Assembly (NCBI GenBank): GCA_048013815.1
Contig: CM106585.1
Coordinates: forward strand, 11,036,001-11,100,000
Direction of reading: 5' to 3'
Length of the DNA stretch: 64,000 bases
From: Setoptus koraiensis
Lineage: Eukaryota > Animalia > Arthropoda
Each line of letters opens with the position of its first letter. The first letter of the stretch is position 1. The notes beneath the pieces were generated by a model that worked only from the letters and a program-made list of their open reading frames with translations, was not told where the DNA came from and did no database searches. Shown here in pieces: positions 47,818 through 60,219 of this stretch. The position numbers and the translations under genes are program-made.

Positions 47818-48687
47818 ATGGATAAATTACCCAACGAGCTCTGGCTGAGGATCATCAGCTATTTGAACGATTTCAAGGACTATGGCCGTCTTTCAGTTGT
47901 ATCAAAAAAATTGAACTTGCTGGTATCCGATCATCTCAGCAGACTAAAGAGGTTCGGCGCGGGAGATCTTGGATTTAGAGACATCACGACCTTGGAGCCA
48001 CTTTTCATGAAGCTCTCAAATTTGAGAGAAGTCGACCTCAGCCAATGTGTCTTGGAATTTCCTACGGACTCGCACCGCTACTTAAGTGACAATTGTCCCA
48101 TGTTGACCACCTTGGAACTACGAAGTATAGAATTCGCTCCATCAGAGCTATTTAACCTCGTGACCAAGTGTCGCAACGTAACTACGCTCCGGATTGGTTC
48201 AATCAAATTGGAAGGCCATGATGAGTTAGGTAGGCTGTTGCCTGAGGTCAAATCAAGACTCCTCCATCTTGAAATGCCATTTATTAGAGGGCAACGTAAT
48301 CTTGCCGCCGGAGGAGGGTATATCCTGCAATCGCTTGATATCAGAGATACTTTGTATGATGATTACCTAGATTTAATATGTGCCTGCCCGGAACTTAAAG
48401 TGTTGTCGACTTCTTTAGTCTCTAGAGGATCGCTGGACAAGGTAATCGCCAGCTGCCCTAAACTTGAGAGCATCACATTGGTGGAATATTACGAAGATAT
48501 TCCACAGCTTGAGACACCAAAAATCTATGTACAAAATCTATTTATACAAAATGGACACTCCGATGACGACGACCCTGAGGATTACTACTACAGAGAGGAT
48601 TACTACGACAACGAGGAATCCCGCGGATGGCTCTCGGCGTCGGAAGCTGATTCCGATTGGGCCGACAGAGTAGCTCACGGAGATTAA
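47818..48687 (+). CDS. F-box/leucine-rich repeat protein (289 aa), intronless
   Basis: N-terminal F-box MDKLPNELWLRIISYL...RLSVVSKKLN. AMN1-type LRRs (LREVDLSQC, CPMLTTLEL, CPELKVL, CPKLESITL). Acidic D/Y-rich tail. Confidence 0.88.
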   Translation: MDKLPNELWLRIISYLNDFKDYGRLSVVSKKLNLLVSDHLSRLKRFGAGDLGFRDITTLEPLFMKLSNLREVDLSQCVLEFPTDSHRYLSDNCPMLTTLELRSIEFAPSELFNLVTKCRNVTTLRIGSIKLEGHDELGRLLPEVKSRLLHLEMPFIRGQRNLAAGGGYILQSLDIRDTLYDDYLDLICACPELKVLSTSLVSRGSLDKVIASCPKLESITLVEYYEDIPQLETPKIYVQNLFIQNGHSDDDDPEDYYYREDYYDNEESRGWLSASEADSDWADRVAHGD

Positions 48688-49780
48688 TAGAAATACCGAG
48701 GGTAGAAAGTGAATCCGAATGTGATATTTTAATCACCCAAGAAGACCTTATGAAGGCTCTCGGCGAATTTATTAAGTGAGTTAATAGACTAAAGAATTAT
48801 CTTATTTTTCTGTTTGCCACCGGCGCTGGATTATGTCAAAGGAGGAGGAGGTGTCATTCGATGAAAATTTATGATTATGTTGATAAAATATTTGTTGACC
48901 ATGTCGACATCAACAATATATGGTGTAAAACCGGTTTCAGCACTTTTATCTCTAACTTTGCAATCTTTCATCAAATCTGTGAATAACTAATTGATTGATC
49001 AGCTGAGATCTGAGTTGGCTTCGCTTTTATTTCTGATCATCTACCGTTGCCTTTTGGATGCAAACATGTAATCGATGAGTAGGGACAAAGAAATCTTTCT
49101 TGTGGAGCAACAATCCTGAAAGTTAGTTAAATTATGCCTATAGAAACTGCCACATTTTGAACTTTTAGGTTCTCGATTTTCAGAAATGGGGCATGGTTAG
49201 AGAAGTCTTTAAGTGGACCTAAAAATCTGATTTATTTCCATTTCCGCTTTTTTTCCATGAGCAACGTATGTTTTTCAGAGAATTTCGACTTTGGGGCTCG
49301 GATTAACTATGAAGGAGAGTCGATGCAAGTTTATTTTTTTTTCTTTCAGTTGACGCCTTTTCTGATGAACTAGTCTATAGAATGCAACAAAGAAAGAATC
49401 TAAGAAAAGTCGCACAGTTCTTATGAAAATCACCAAAAACTTCAGCTACCACGACTGCATTATCATAAATTCCTCTATATTGCGAAAATTTCTGGCAGAG
49501 CATAAATGGTTTCAACAATTTCTGCCAATAAAAGTGGAAAGTGCCAGGATGTCTACGTGGTTTACCGAAACAATGCTCCGTACTTACTCACATGAAGAGT
49601 ATCCCTTTCTACCGAATTTGAAAGGGGGTTATTGGAAATGAAGTACAATGGTATAGTATAGATTGCTACAGTCGATTTTACAATTTATATGATGTAACAC
49701 AAATACTAGAAAAATAGTAGAGCTAGAATTAATATCAGCTCGTCTTTTTCAAATTATCTTGAGTGTGAGAAAATCATCAG

Positions 49781-51082
49781 CTATGGACGAACAGATACTG
49801 CGCTCCTAAATGTTTTCGGATCGATGTATAGCGAACTCAATCCTTTCAATTTCCGTGGCAACTTGTTATCGACTCCATTTTTCACAGCCCTTCCGATGGG
49901 CTGTTTCAACGCATTCGTCGAGCCACCAATGTCACGTCTTTTACCCCGGATCAGATAATAGACCAAGCATATCACAGCTATTGCGATGAAGGCCAACAAC
50001 AACATCAAGCCTATGAGAAACAGATAGCTTTCATATTTACACGGAAGTTTAGCATCAGGACTCACTGGAATTGTCTCATTCAATCCTGAAAACTCACATA
50101 TCGCCTTGAGATTTGCCCGGAGATGCTCTGATGAATCAATCAAACGACACGTATTGTCGTTGGAACAATTAATAAAGAGATTCTTTGGTCCTCTCTGTTC
50201 GAATCTGTATCCTGACTGGGCCATTCCTCTAATGGCCTCACCCTCATTTTTATCACTCAATGCCCTGTTTAAGTCCATTTTTATTGTTATTGGACAATTT
50301 TTTATAATCTGTTGGTGGTCATGTATCATTTTACTCAAATTTCCAACAAATTCGAATCCATTCACTTCAATTACTGTTTTTCCTAGCTGCGGCAAATTAT
50401 CTCCGCAGCAATAACCTTCACAAGGAAAGTTGAAATGATCGTCTTGTATCATGAATTGTCCATTTTTTGAATCTTTTCGAACGGATTCTTTATCCTTGAG
50501 ATAACTGAAAATAATTTTGAATGTTCTTTTGGCATTCGTTGGAGGATTTATTAAAAAATATCGACCCGGTGAGTTGCCCAATGAAATATGCGCAGATTTC
50601 ATTTCGTAAGTCATATCATTATCATATGTACTGTTGAAAAGTTTTGAAGGTGACCAAGGAGCTTCTTGTGAATCCTTTGGAAAGGCATTTTCAGGGAAAA
50701 AATCGTCAATTGCTTCACTAATTTTATATTCGAAAGATGCGAAGTATGTAGCATTACTAATGTAGGCGAATTTTGGCGTAATATAAACCTCTTCGGTTTT
50801 CAAAGTAAAATTCTCTAAACGTGTGTTGATCCTTATGATCAGACCGAAGGGTTCGAGCCTTTTCTTAGAACGAATCCATACTGCGGTAGTTGACCCGCAA
50901 TTATATCTTATCACATCTCCATCTTTTGTATAGTACTCAACTATCACACGGCCTTTTTCGCCTTTAGCTTCTGGGCAAGGGTGTGAAGGGGGGTCACCGA
51001 ATGCTGCTACAATTAGGCAACAAGTTAGTCCCGCTAGGATTGTTATCGTTCGGTGCCTCTGGTGTAGGGACCACATCGCCAC
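49781..51082 (-). CDS. Single-pass type I membrane orphan protein (433 aa)
   Basis: Signal peptide, Cys/N-glycosylation-site-rich ectodomain, TM YLFLIGLMLLLAFIAIAVICLVYYLI followed by RGKRR and a short tail. Confidence 0.8.
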   Translation of the reverse strand: MAMWSLHQRHRTITILAGLTCCLIVAAFGDPPSHPCPEAKGEKGRVIVEYYTKDGDVIRYNCGSTTAVWIRSKKRLEPFGLIIRINTRLENFTLKTEEVYITPKFAYISNATYFASFEYKISEAIDDFFPENAFPKDSQEAPWSPSKLFNSTYDNDMTYEMKSAHISLGNSPGRYFLINPPTNAKRTFKIIFSYLKDKESVRKDSKNGQFMIQDDHFNFPCEGYCCGDNLPQLGKTVIEVNGFEFVGNLSKMIHDHQQIIKNCPITIKMDLNRALSDKNEGEAIRGMAQSGYRFEQRGPKNLFINCSNDNTCRLIDSSEHLRANLKAICEFSGLNETIPVSPDAKLPCKYESYLFLIGLMLLLAFIAIAVICLVYYLIRGKRRDIGGSTNALKQPIGRAVKNGVDNKLPRKLKGLSSLYIDPKTFRSAVSVRP

Positions 51083-52388
51083 TATAGCGTCTTCCGCAGA
51101 TCACGCATCAATGAGTGCTGTCATGACTAACAAAACAATCGACTTGTTTGTAATAAACTTGAATCTGAGCTTGCAAGCGTTAATAATTATAATTTTTCGA
51201 TCTCCTTCGGTCAAAAAAGTATCCAGGCGCGAGATGATTGGAATTACTGAATGACAAAGCGATGAAAAGGCTTGGATTGGGTAATAGGATAGTTACAATT
51301 GTGTTTATTAAATTCAAGTCATTCGAACTGAAAAAATAGTCACGCTTCGCAACGAAGCTATCGATTTTCTTAGCTAAGCTATCTACTACTTAGCCGACGA
51401 TTGAAATACATTGTTACCGAGATGATGATTCATTTGCGCTTCCTTCTGTATTTATCAATTAACCACGTCAGTACTTGTTGATGAAACATGAAAAAATCAC
51501 TTTTGAAATAATAATAACACTTGCGACATCACGCGGGCACGAGTCAATGATCACTGACTGTTCCGCTTATTACTTTACTCTCCATCGTCTGTTGAACTTT
51601 CTCAGCATACTCTATGTGTCATGATTAGAGAGGAGATTTCGGTAATAAATTACTCACATCACAATGTTCCAAATCCTTTTAAGGAATTGACGATTTTTCT
51701 GCTGATGATCTGCGCACAGTCGTTCTCCAATCTATTATAAGAAAATCTATAAACGTAAACATTGATAGAAATAATTGACACAATAAAGCGCAGATTTGCA
51801 TTTGAATTACTGATGTTACATGAGTGATGTAGCTGGTTGACTAGTACCGGCTGGTTCTAGATGATATGTGGGCTCAATGGACACCAGCTATCCTGTGAAA
51901 ATGTATTTATACAATTTGTACGTTGCAGACAATCGATCTATAGATTAGTGTTTCGGGTTGATGCATCACCCTTCATCCTATTCTTCATCCGAAGTTGAAG
52001 TTCACGTTGGGGTGGAGTTCTCTTCAACCAGGTGAAATTGAGAGACGGAGAGCTGAGATGGGTAGAGCCTGATTATGTGATATAGTGAAAATCGGATCAA
52101 AAATTATATAAAAAAAAATGGACACAACCAAAAGAAAGAGACAAATGAATGAAGAGAGATACAATGATTTCTCTACACCTATCGGCCTAATCGATGGAAT
52201 GAGTGAGTGCGCATTCACAGAGGAAATCATTTTATGTCACACAGTTGCACAACATCCTCTGACAGTTTAGTGATTACAAGCACCGAAGCCAGTGTCTGGG
52301 CGTATCTCACGATACATATTTATGTTTTCTAATTAGAGGTTTTTGGGGCGTATATTAATAATAATGATAGTACTAAAAGTAATAATAC

Positions 52389-55300
52389 TTAGATGTTCTT
52401 TCTGCGATGGCCTGACATGAATCTCTGATTGATTCGTTGTCTTATGAGCTCATCGAATGAATCTTTAGTGGATGCTATTTTGAAAATGTCGCTCTTGTCG
52501 TTGTTGTTGTCTGGTGAATAATTAGTGAAAATATTACCATTTAGTTCAGCACCAACAACATTAAAATCTCGAAAACTATTGATATTATTCAAATATTTTG
52601 CCGGACTATGAACGTTGTTCATGTAATTGTTGTCTACACGATCCAGTAGCGCGTAATGAACCGGATGACGTTTGCCTTGCTTTTTCATCATTTGTTGCTG
52701 CTCTTCGATCAATTGTTTAAAATCTATCACACCATCGTTCACCCTTTTGTTCATTTCATCTTTTGCCTCTTTGGGCATCTGTAGGTCTTTAATTGGTGGC
52801 GGCGATGGAAATTTGCCTACTGAAACTTTGACAATAGGTAGAGGCTTGAAAGAAGGAAGAGAATTGTAGAATATGTTTTGGTTGATTAAAGGCTTGGCAA
52901 AACTTGTATCCGGTTGTGCAGTTGGTCTAACAGGCTCCACATTTGGGATTCTTGTTCGTATGGTCTCGTCTGGCGCAATATTGATTGAAGGGTAATGGGT
53001 TGTTGCTGGCATTGTCACCTGTACAGGTTGTTTAATCTCCTCGCCGGCCTTATCAGCTGACCCCTTTGAATGCTCTACTTGCTTTGTACCGATTCCTGTT
53101 GAATCGGTCCCTTTAACAACTTCTATATTGTCTTTTCTGTCGATTTTGATGCTTGGGTAACCATTTTTACTGGCGTCGTTGTCGCTGATAGTGGTTGTGG
53201 TGGTATTAGTTGTGGTTGTGGTGGTTGTGGTGACATTTACGACATTTATAATATGTTCAGTGACGTTTTTGGTGACATTATTTTCTTGTGTTATATAAGC
53301 AACTGAATTGTTCCGTTCAGTGATTATTTTATTATGTTCATCATCTAATTTAACAGAAACAGTGTTGTTATTGGTGCTCGTCGTGTTACTTGTGATCTCA
53401 TAATAGCTGTTATTGTTGCTCATCACAGGGGCGCCATTCAACGGTTGCTGGTTTTCGTTAGGAATGGAAAAATTGCTTGTTAAGCCACTCAGATCATAGT
53501 TGTAACCATCTAAAAATATCAAGTTTTCTTCACTATTGATTGCTTTGATATTGTTGCTATCCATAGTTGCGTTGCTGTTTTTGGCCGTCTGATTGTTGCT
53601 CGCCTTTGTGTTAGCATCGACGGCTATACTGTTAGTTGAATTAGCACTTTTGCCAGGATAGCTGGTATTTATGGTAGAATTTTCGGGTCCAGTGTTTAAG
53701 ACAAAGTCGTTCATATCGATGACAAAGTTTGTAGAGTTCTCAAGCACTATTTGATCTTCATTGTTTTGCAACATGTAAGGATAGGCAATTTGGCTGCTGT
53801 TCAATTGTGTATCGGTTGCAGAAAAAGAATTGATTTGCATCGGATCAGGTTGGGAGCCATTAATTTGCTGACCAATGGGGCCGGGGGTTGAATGTTTGCC
53901 GGCATTATCTAACAGCAATTGAGTTTTTGCGGTTGTATCAATGATGGGCGTCCTCGTTGTTGAAGTAGTAGTGGTAGTACTCGTAGTGGTAGTACTGGTA
54001 GTAGTAGTAGTAGTACCAGCAATAACGGTACTTGCATTGAAGCTTGTGCTAGCAATTATATCGATTGGTTGCATAACAGTCAGTGTCGGAATTGAATTCA
54101 AGGTAGGTGGTGTTTCATAAAAAGACACAACTTCTGGAGATTCAGATTTCGGTGGAATATTCTCTGAAGAAATGGGTTTCGGAGGTGCATTTCCTAGAGA
54201 AATTGATGGCCTTGGTGGCAAAGTTTCTGGAGAAATATATTCTAGAGGAACAGTTCTCATAGGAATAGGTGTCATTTGGGGTATAGTTTCTATGGCAATC
54301 GATTTTAGTGGAACAGTTTCTGGAGAAGCAGGTTTCAGAGGAACAGCAATGGAAGCAAGAGTCGTTGGCGTGCTAGTTTGTGACGAGACACTCTTTGGTG
54401 ATACATTTTCTAGTGAGTTGGAAGATCTCGGAGGAACTGGCTTTAGAATAGTCGGTTCTAGTGAGACAGTTCCCTGAGAGATTGGTTTTGAAGAAACAGA
54501 TTCTGAGACAGATTTTAGGGGAATATTTTTTAGAGAATAGGATTCCGGAAGTACAGTCTCCAGAGAGATAGATGGTACTGGCGGGACAGTTTCTAAAACG
54601 ATCGGTTTTTCCGAGACAATTTTTGGGGAAACGGATCGCTCTAGATTGATGGGTTTTTGTGTAACAGTTTTCATTGACATTGGTGCGATAGTTCCTATAG
54701 AGATAGGTAGACTCGGAGAAACTTGCTCCAGAGAAACAGGCTCTAAATAAATAGGCCTCAGAGAGACAGGCTCCAAGTAAATAGGTAATAGAGGGTCTGG
54801 ACCAACTGTAGTGGTTCTTCTCAGTTTTCTTCTCCGTTTCGAGTTAGTCGAATGATGCTCCGGATTTCCGGTGCTTTTGTCATTAATTGTTGTCGGCAGC
54901 AAATTGTTAGTATTTACCGGCTCGTTGTTTGTTGATTGAACCGACGATTGACCGGTGATGTCATTTGTTTTACCAATCAATGGTTGTTTTTTAACTTTTC
55001 GTTTGATTTTTTTCTCATTAGCACCAGACACTAAATGTCTAATAATATTACCATTTTTACTACTATTAATATTATCAGTATTGTTATTTTTTAATGGATG
55101 TTGATTTAGGTGACTTTTGTTCTGATTTGTTTTTTTCACTTTTCTTTTTCGGGTCTTTTTTTTGTTAGTGACAGGGCCAACAGTAGCATGAGAATTAGCT
55201 AGTGATGTGGTTGTAGAAATTTGTTGCGGATACACTAATTGCTTATTGTTACCACCTTCTGCTAACCCAGATGATGGTGTTCGCGTACGATGACGTAATC

Positions 55301-58300
55301 TTCTACGCTTCTTATTAGATGATGTACCTAAATTATATTGACCAAGATGACAATATGTCAATTAGAAAAGTGGAGAAAAAATAAGTGAAGCTTATGATTA
55401 GTTAGTAAACTAAATTAGGTCATTTCAATGACAATTGTTCTCAATATTATGTCTTATACTAAGTTTGTATCTAATGGAGAAATCTAATGGGAAAATTTTC
55501 ACCGAATTAATCGATAATCTATAGCTATCATAGTGGGTAAGTCTATACTGGTGTTACGGGAAACTTATTGGAACTTTCACTGACTCGCCTAAATCGTAAT
55601 CTAAACCTCCTCTTCCAGCACCGTGTTCCGTATCAACTCCACCCAAACCAGCAGCCACTAAATGAGTCTCATCCGTTCCATTATGTACAGTATATTCAGA
55701 ATCGTGTATATGCAATTCTTTTTCACTCATATCATCATGTATATCGTCGCCATGGCGATGTTCGCCGTGAACAATTACTTCATGGTATAGGGAGTCGCTT
55801 CCATGAACATCGGTTTCATCGACAATGGGCACAACTATTGGAGCTGAAGTTGTTAAATTGATAACTTTTGAAACAGTTACCTTGGTAGCCGCAGCTTTTT
55901 TAGGTTTTAATGTTGTTACCGGGGCAATTTTAGCAACAGTTTTAGACACAGCTGCCTTGGTAACTACATAAGCCGTTTTTCGCGTTATAGCGGGACCTTT
56001 TGTCGGTTTCTTGATTGCAACAATTGCTTTCTCTTTCAGGCTAGCGTTGTTGCCGTGAACTGAAGACGATTCAACTTTTTTAACTGTCTTTGCTGAAGCC
56101 TTACTTGTCATGGCAGGTTTTTGTGTTAATTTTGACTTTACACTTGGTAGAAGACTTATCTTTTTAGTCACAACCTTCGTAGGTGCCACTTTGACAACTA
56201 CCGCTGGTTTTACAGTGGACGATTTCACAACTATTTTGGGCTTGACAGTTTTTGTCGTTTCGACAATTGCCTTTTTGCTTGCTTGAGAGACACTGATAGA
56301 TTTAGCTGGCTTCAGAGTTGTCGCTGATGCTTTCTTGACAGTCACAAGTTTACCAGTTTGGGTGGAGATGGGCTTGGATACAATTCTTCTTATCACCTTC
56401 TTTCTAGTGACTATAATAGTCCTGTTGGAGTGTTTCTTTGTGGGTAGTATACTGTTCAGTTTTTGTGACAATTTTTCGGGTGCTTTAGTTGTTGGTTTAA
56501 TGGTTGGTTTAATGGTTGTGAGATGCACTTCGGCGGTTTTTTCCGTGACCAATTTCGGGACATCATTATTGTCGGTCGTTGTGGTAGCTATTATCTTGGT
56601 AGTGCTGTCTCCTGGCATAGGTGAACTTGGAGTTGTTGTTGGTGTTGTTGGGGGTGGCACAAGCGCCAAAGCTGGTGTTGGTGCTGCTGTTGATACTGTG
56701 ATTACTGGCATCGATGTTGTTATTGGTGTTGGTATTGTTATTGGTGTAGGAGTTGGTGCTGGAACTGGAATAGGTGTAGTTGGTGGTGAAGCTTCAGTGA
56801 CAATGGCGGCCAGTGCGGCCCGTTCACCGACCACGTCGGCCACCGAAGATTTGTTTGTTGGTGGTGGTGCTGTCGACTTGTCCACAATTAATTTTGAACT
56901 GTTTAAAGCTGTCGTTTCAGATAGACCTGTTGTGTTGACGACCGCCACCGGAACCACAGTTGGTTCAACGACAGAACCAACAGATTCTGGTGCCACCGCA
57001 ATAATTTCCGGCGCCACGCTAGTTGGCAATGGCAATTTGCTTATTTCTATTGGCACTGATGGCTTTATTGTTGTAACGACGCTAGCCAATACAACAGGCG
57101 ATGTTTCGGTATTATTTGTAGCTATAGAATCATTTGATGATATTTCGGCCTGTTTTTGTGCTACCGCCATCATGAGATCGGCGCCAGCTCTAACGCCAGC
57201 ACTGAGCTTCTCAGTTGGATGGAAAATTGTCGCCGTGACAGGTAGTGGCGATATTGATGGCGTTATTGTTGGCCCCAGTGATGGTGCAACCGTTGTAACT
57301 GTTGCCTGAGCCACTATGGGATTAGTTGAACCTGCAATGGCCTCAGCAATTGCAGCATCTGTTGACGCCACCACTGAAGCCGTCAGATTAGAGCCACCGA
57401 TAGGTGCCTTGGCTACTTCCGGTTTCAATTGTGTCACCAATGTCGGTGTGGTTGTTGTGGCTGCAGCAGCAGCCGTTGCATTGCTGTGTTGTTGCTGAGT
57501 GTTATTACCTGTTGCTGTCAACAATGGAATAGCTGGTAATGTAGCGTTATTGTTATTTGTCGTTGTAATGGACATTTCTGTGACATTAGGATGCGTTATT
57601 AGTGGCCTAGTGTTGACTGGAGTTGAATCGGACGATACCGAAGATAGAGAGGAACTGTTTGATAAAGAATCAATCACGACAGGTGAAGAAATTACAGGTG
57701 CTGCAGGTGTTGTAGTTGCTATTGTTAGTGTTGCTGCTGGTGCTGCTGTTGTTGCAGGCACCGGTAATGGTGTTGGTATGGAATGAGTTGTAGTGCTAAC
57801 AGTTTGAGTGACGTTGACAGGAGTCAGTGTCTCTGCGGTTGTTGTTGTTGCTGTTGTTGCATTTATCGAATGAGATGCAGATAAATTTTTAGAAACAATG
57901 GTTTCGTTTGTTGGAATAGCGGGAATGTGGCTACTAGTATCTGGAATGACAGTTGTTACAGTTGTGACAACCGGCTCAATTTTCGCTGGCTCAGGCGTGC
58001 TCTTAATTAAAGAAACGGTTGGCTCTGAATGTGACTTATTGGTCTCTAGAGCTACAGGCAGCACTGTTGGCGGTGACGCTTGTGAGGCCTGGGTTTCAGT
58101 TATAGTCAAGCTGCTAGCATTGGCATTTGTAGAGTGATGATTGCTCGTATTTGTCACGTCTAATTTTATTGTTGTTGATTTCTGACTCTCACCTAACACT
58201 GCAATGGGCGCCACAGTTGTTGCAGCGACATTGAGGCCAACGGGCGAAACAGTCTTGGCAATGGCCTCAGTGATTGCTGCATTCACTGGTGCAGATGCAA

Positions 58301-60219
58301 CTGCTGGTGATTCTGTTGGCACTGCTGTCGGTATTGCTGTTGGTATTGCTGCTGGCACTGCCGCTGGCACTACTGTTGGTATTGCCGCTGGCACTGCTGT
58401 TGGTATTGCTGGAGCTAGGGTCGAGATGATTGCGGGTACCGTAGATGCAGCCGGGGATAAGTCAGCTATTGCTGGTTTTGCGGTTGTTTGTGGGGCCACT
58501 TTTTCGATAATTTTCGTCTCATTCGTCACGCCGGAAGCTGGCAATAGAGGCGCAGCAGTCACTGTAGCTTGGTGTGTCACCAATGTACTATTGTTACCAA
58601 CAGGTAGAACGGTTGCTTCAAGTTTTGATGGATTAACAACGTGGCTCTGGTCAATGGTTGTGACATTGGAACCGTTGGATAGTGTTTCTGTTGTTGTTGT
58701 CGTTTTTGTCGAGTTTGTCTGAGGGTGTTCAGAGGGCGATTTCTGTGCGCTATCCGCGGCTACCACAGCCGCCGTCACCGGTCTACCGCTAGTTGGTGCG
58801 ACAGTGATTGGTGCGACAGTGATTGGTGCGACAGTGATTGGTGCGACAGTGATTGGTGCACCAGTACCGATGGCCGGCGAAAGTGAACCCCTCGAAACAG
58901 TTACCAAGCTCGGCGCTGTGGGCGCCGATGTGACAAATACCTTGACATGATCAGCGTGTGCTTTCGAAACAACTACGGGCGCAGCAGTGGTAGTTGTCAG
59001 GGTTGCATTTATCACGGAAGTTGCTGTCTCTGTGACAACGGCAGGCGCGACGGAAACATTTGGTGCAGCTAATGATGATCTGCTGTTTATTGTAATAGTG
59101 TCCGATACTGTTGGCGTGGCTGATGCAGCGATTGATTTCGGATGCTCCGTAACCGGAACAACCTTTGCCTCGGTTGCGGGTGCACCTGTTGCAAGAGTTT
59201 TTGCCTCAGATGCGGCCTCTTGCACCTCTTGATCGTGTAGATGGGCAACAATGTCGTCTATGAGCGACAATTCATCGTGCACCAATTCACTCTGGGCATG
59301 TTTGGAGCAATTCAAACGATTCTCCAATATTCTGTCTATTTCTAGATCTATAATATGGCTCCAATGTCTAATGGCACAAACCTCCCACTGTTTATACAGT
59401 TCAGTCGATCTTGATTGACAGAATTCTTTCAATTGCTGCCTTGTTACGGGAGCAATAATTGGATTCATGTGTTTGTATCGCACTTCCCAACAAACAGACA
59501 ATTGCTCAGAGGTCTTAATAATGTGTTGTTGGAATTGAAAAGAACAAATGAAGAAACATATCAAAAAATATCTAACATCGCTGATTTGTCTCAGACAAAT
59601 TGGCCCGGATTTAACTCTCAAATTGGTTCTATCAGATTTATAATTTTGATACGCTCGTACTTACATGGAGAGAAAATTGCTTCAGTTGCAGACCTACTCT
59701 ATTTAATTGTTTCTGTGTCAGTGTATCAATCTGCTGACAGATAGGATCTAGATACATGTTGAATTTGAGCAATTTTTCCGTTATATTCACTTTTCTTGTT
59801 GCGAAATGCCTGTGATACTTTCTGGACAATTTCGGTGCACCAGGTATGTGAGCTACCACAACTGGACTAATTGTTCCACGATGGTGGACACTAACAGCCG
59901 GATGGACACCCAAGTTGCTAGCATTGCTGTGTGTCACATGTGAAATAGTAACATTTGTTGGATGACTTGCTGGTTTAGGCTTGTGTTCGCCCTGTGCGAT
60001 GCTCGCATTATGCCCATTGGAATGTATTTTCGAAACAATTGGGATGTGTGGCAAGCTAGGATGATGGATGGATGAGGCTAAAGAGGAGGGCACCGAGTGG
60101 ATTGACTGTTTCGCATTTGAATGGTTCGAGGTAACATTTCCATGGGTAACCAGTATGTAACAGTTTAATAATGTAAAAAGTGCAATCAATATTGGAGAGG
60201 TTTTCATCAAGATTGCCAT
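52389..60219 (-). CDS. Giant secreted mucin-like protein, 3 exons, about 2,472 aa
   Basis: Exons 60219-59665, 59513-55589, 55327-52389 (7,419 bp, in frame). The ATG and signal peptide lie in exon 1; the other two ORFs lack an ATG start. Intron 1 is GTAAGT...AAG; intron 2 is predicted as GCGAGT...TAG (GC-AG). T/P/A/V/S-rich. Confidence 0.7.
58798..58860 (-). repeat. 15-bp coding tandem repeat (PITVA x4) in the mucin-like gene
   Basis: GGTGCGACAGTGATT units on the plus strand. Confidence 0.9.

Noticed and set aside
56335-59232. Plus-strand hydrophobic ORFs (324, 172 aa and others) that look like membrane proteins
   Set aside because: Antisense shadows of the Thr/Ala/Pro-rich mucin exon.
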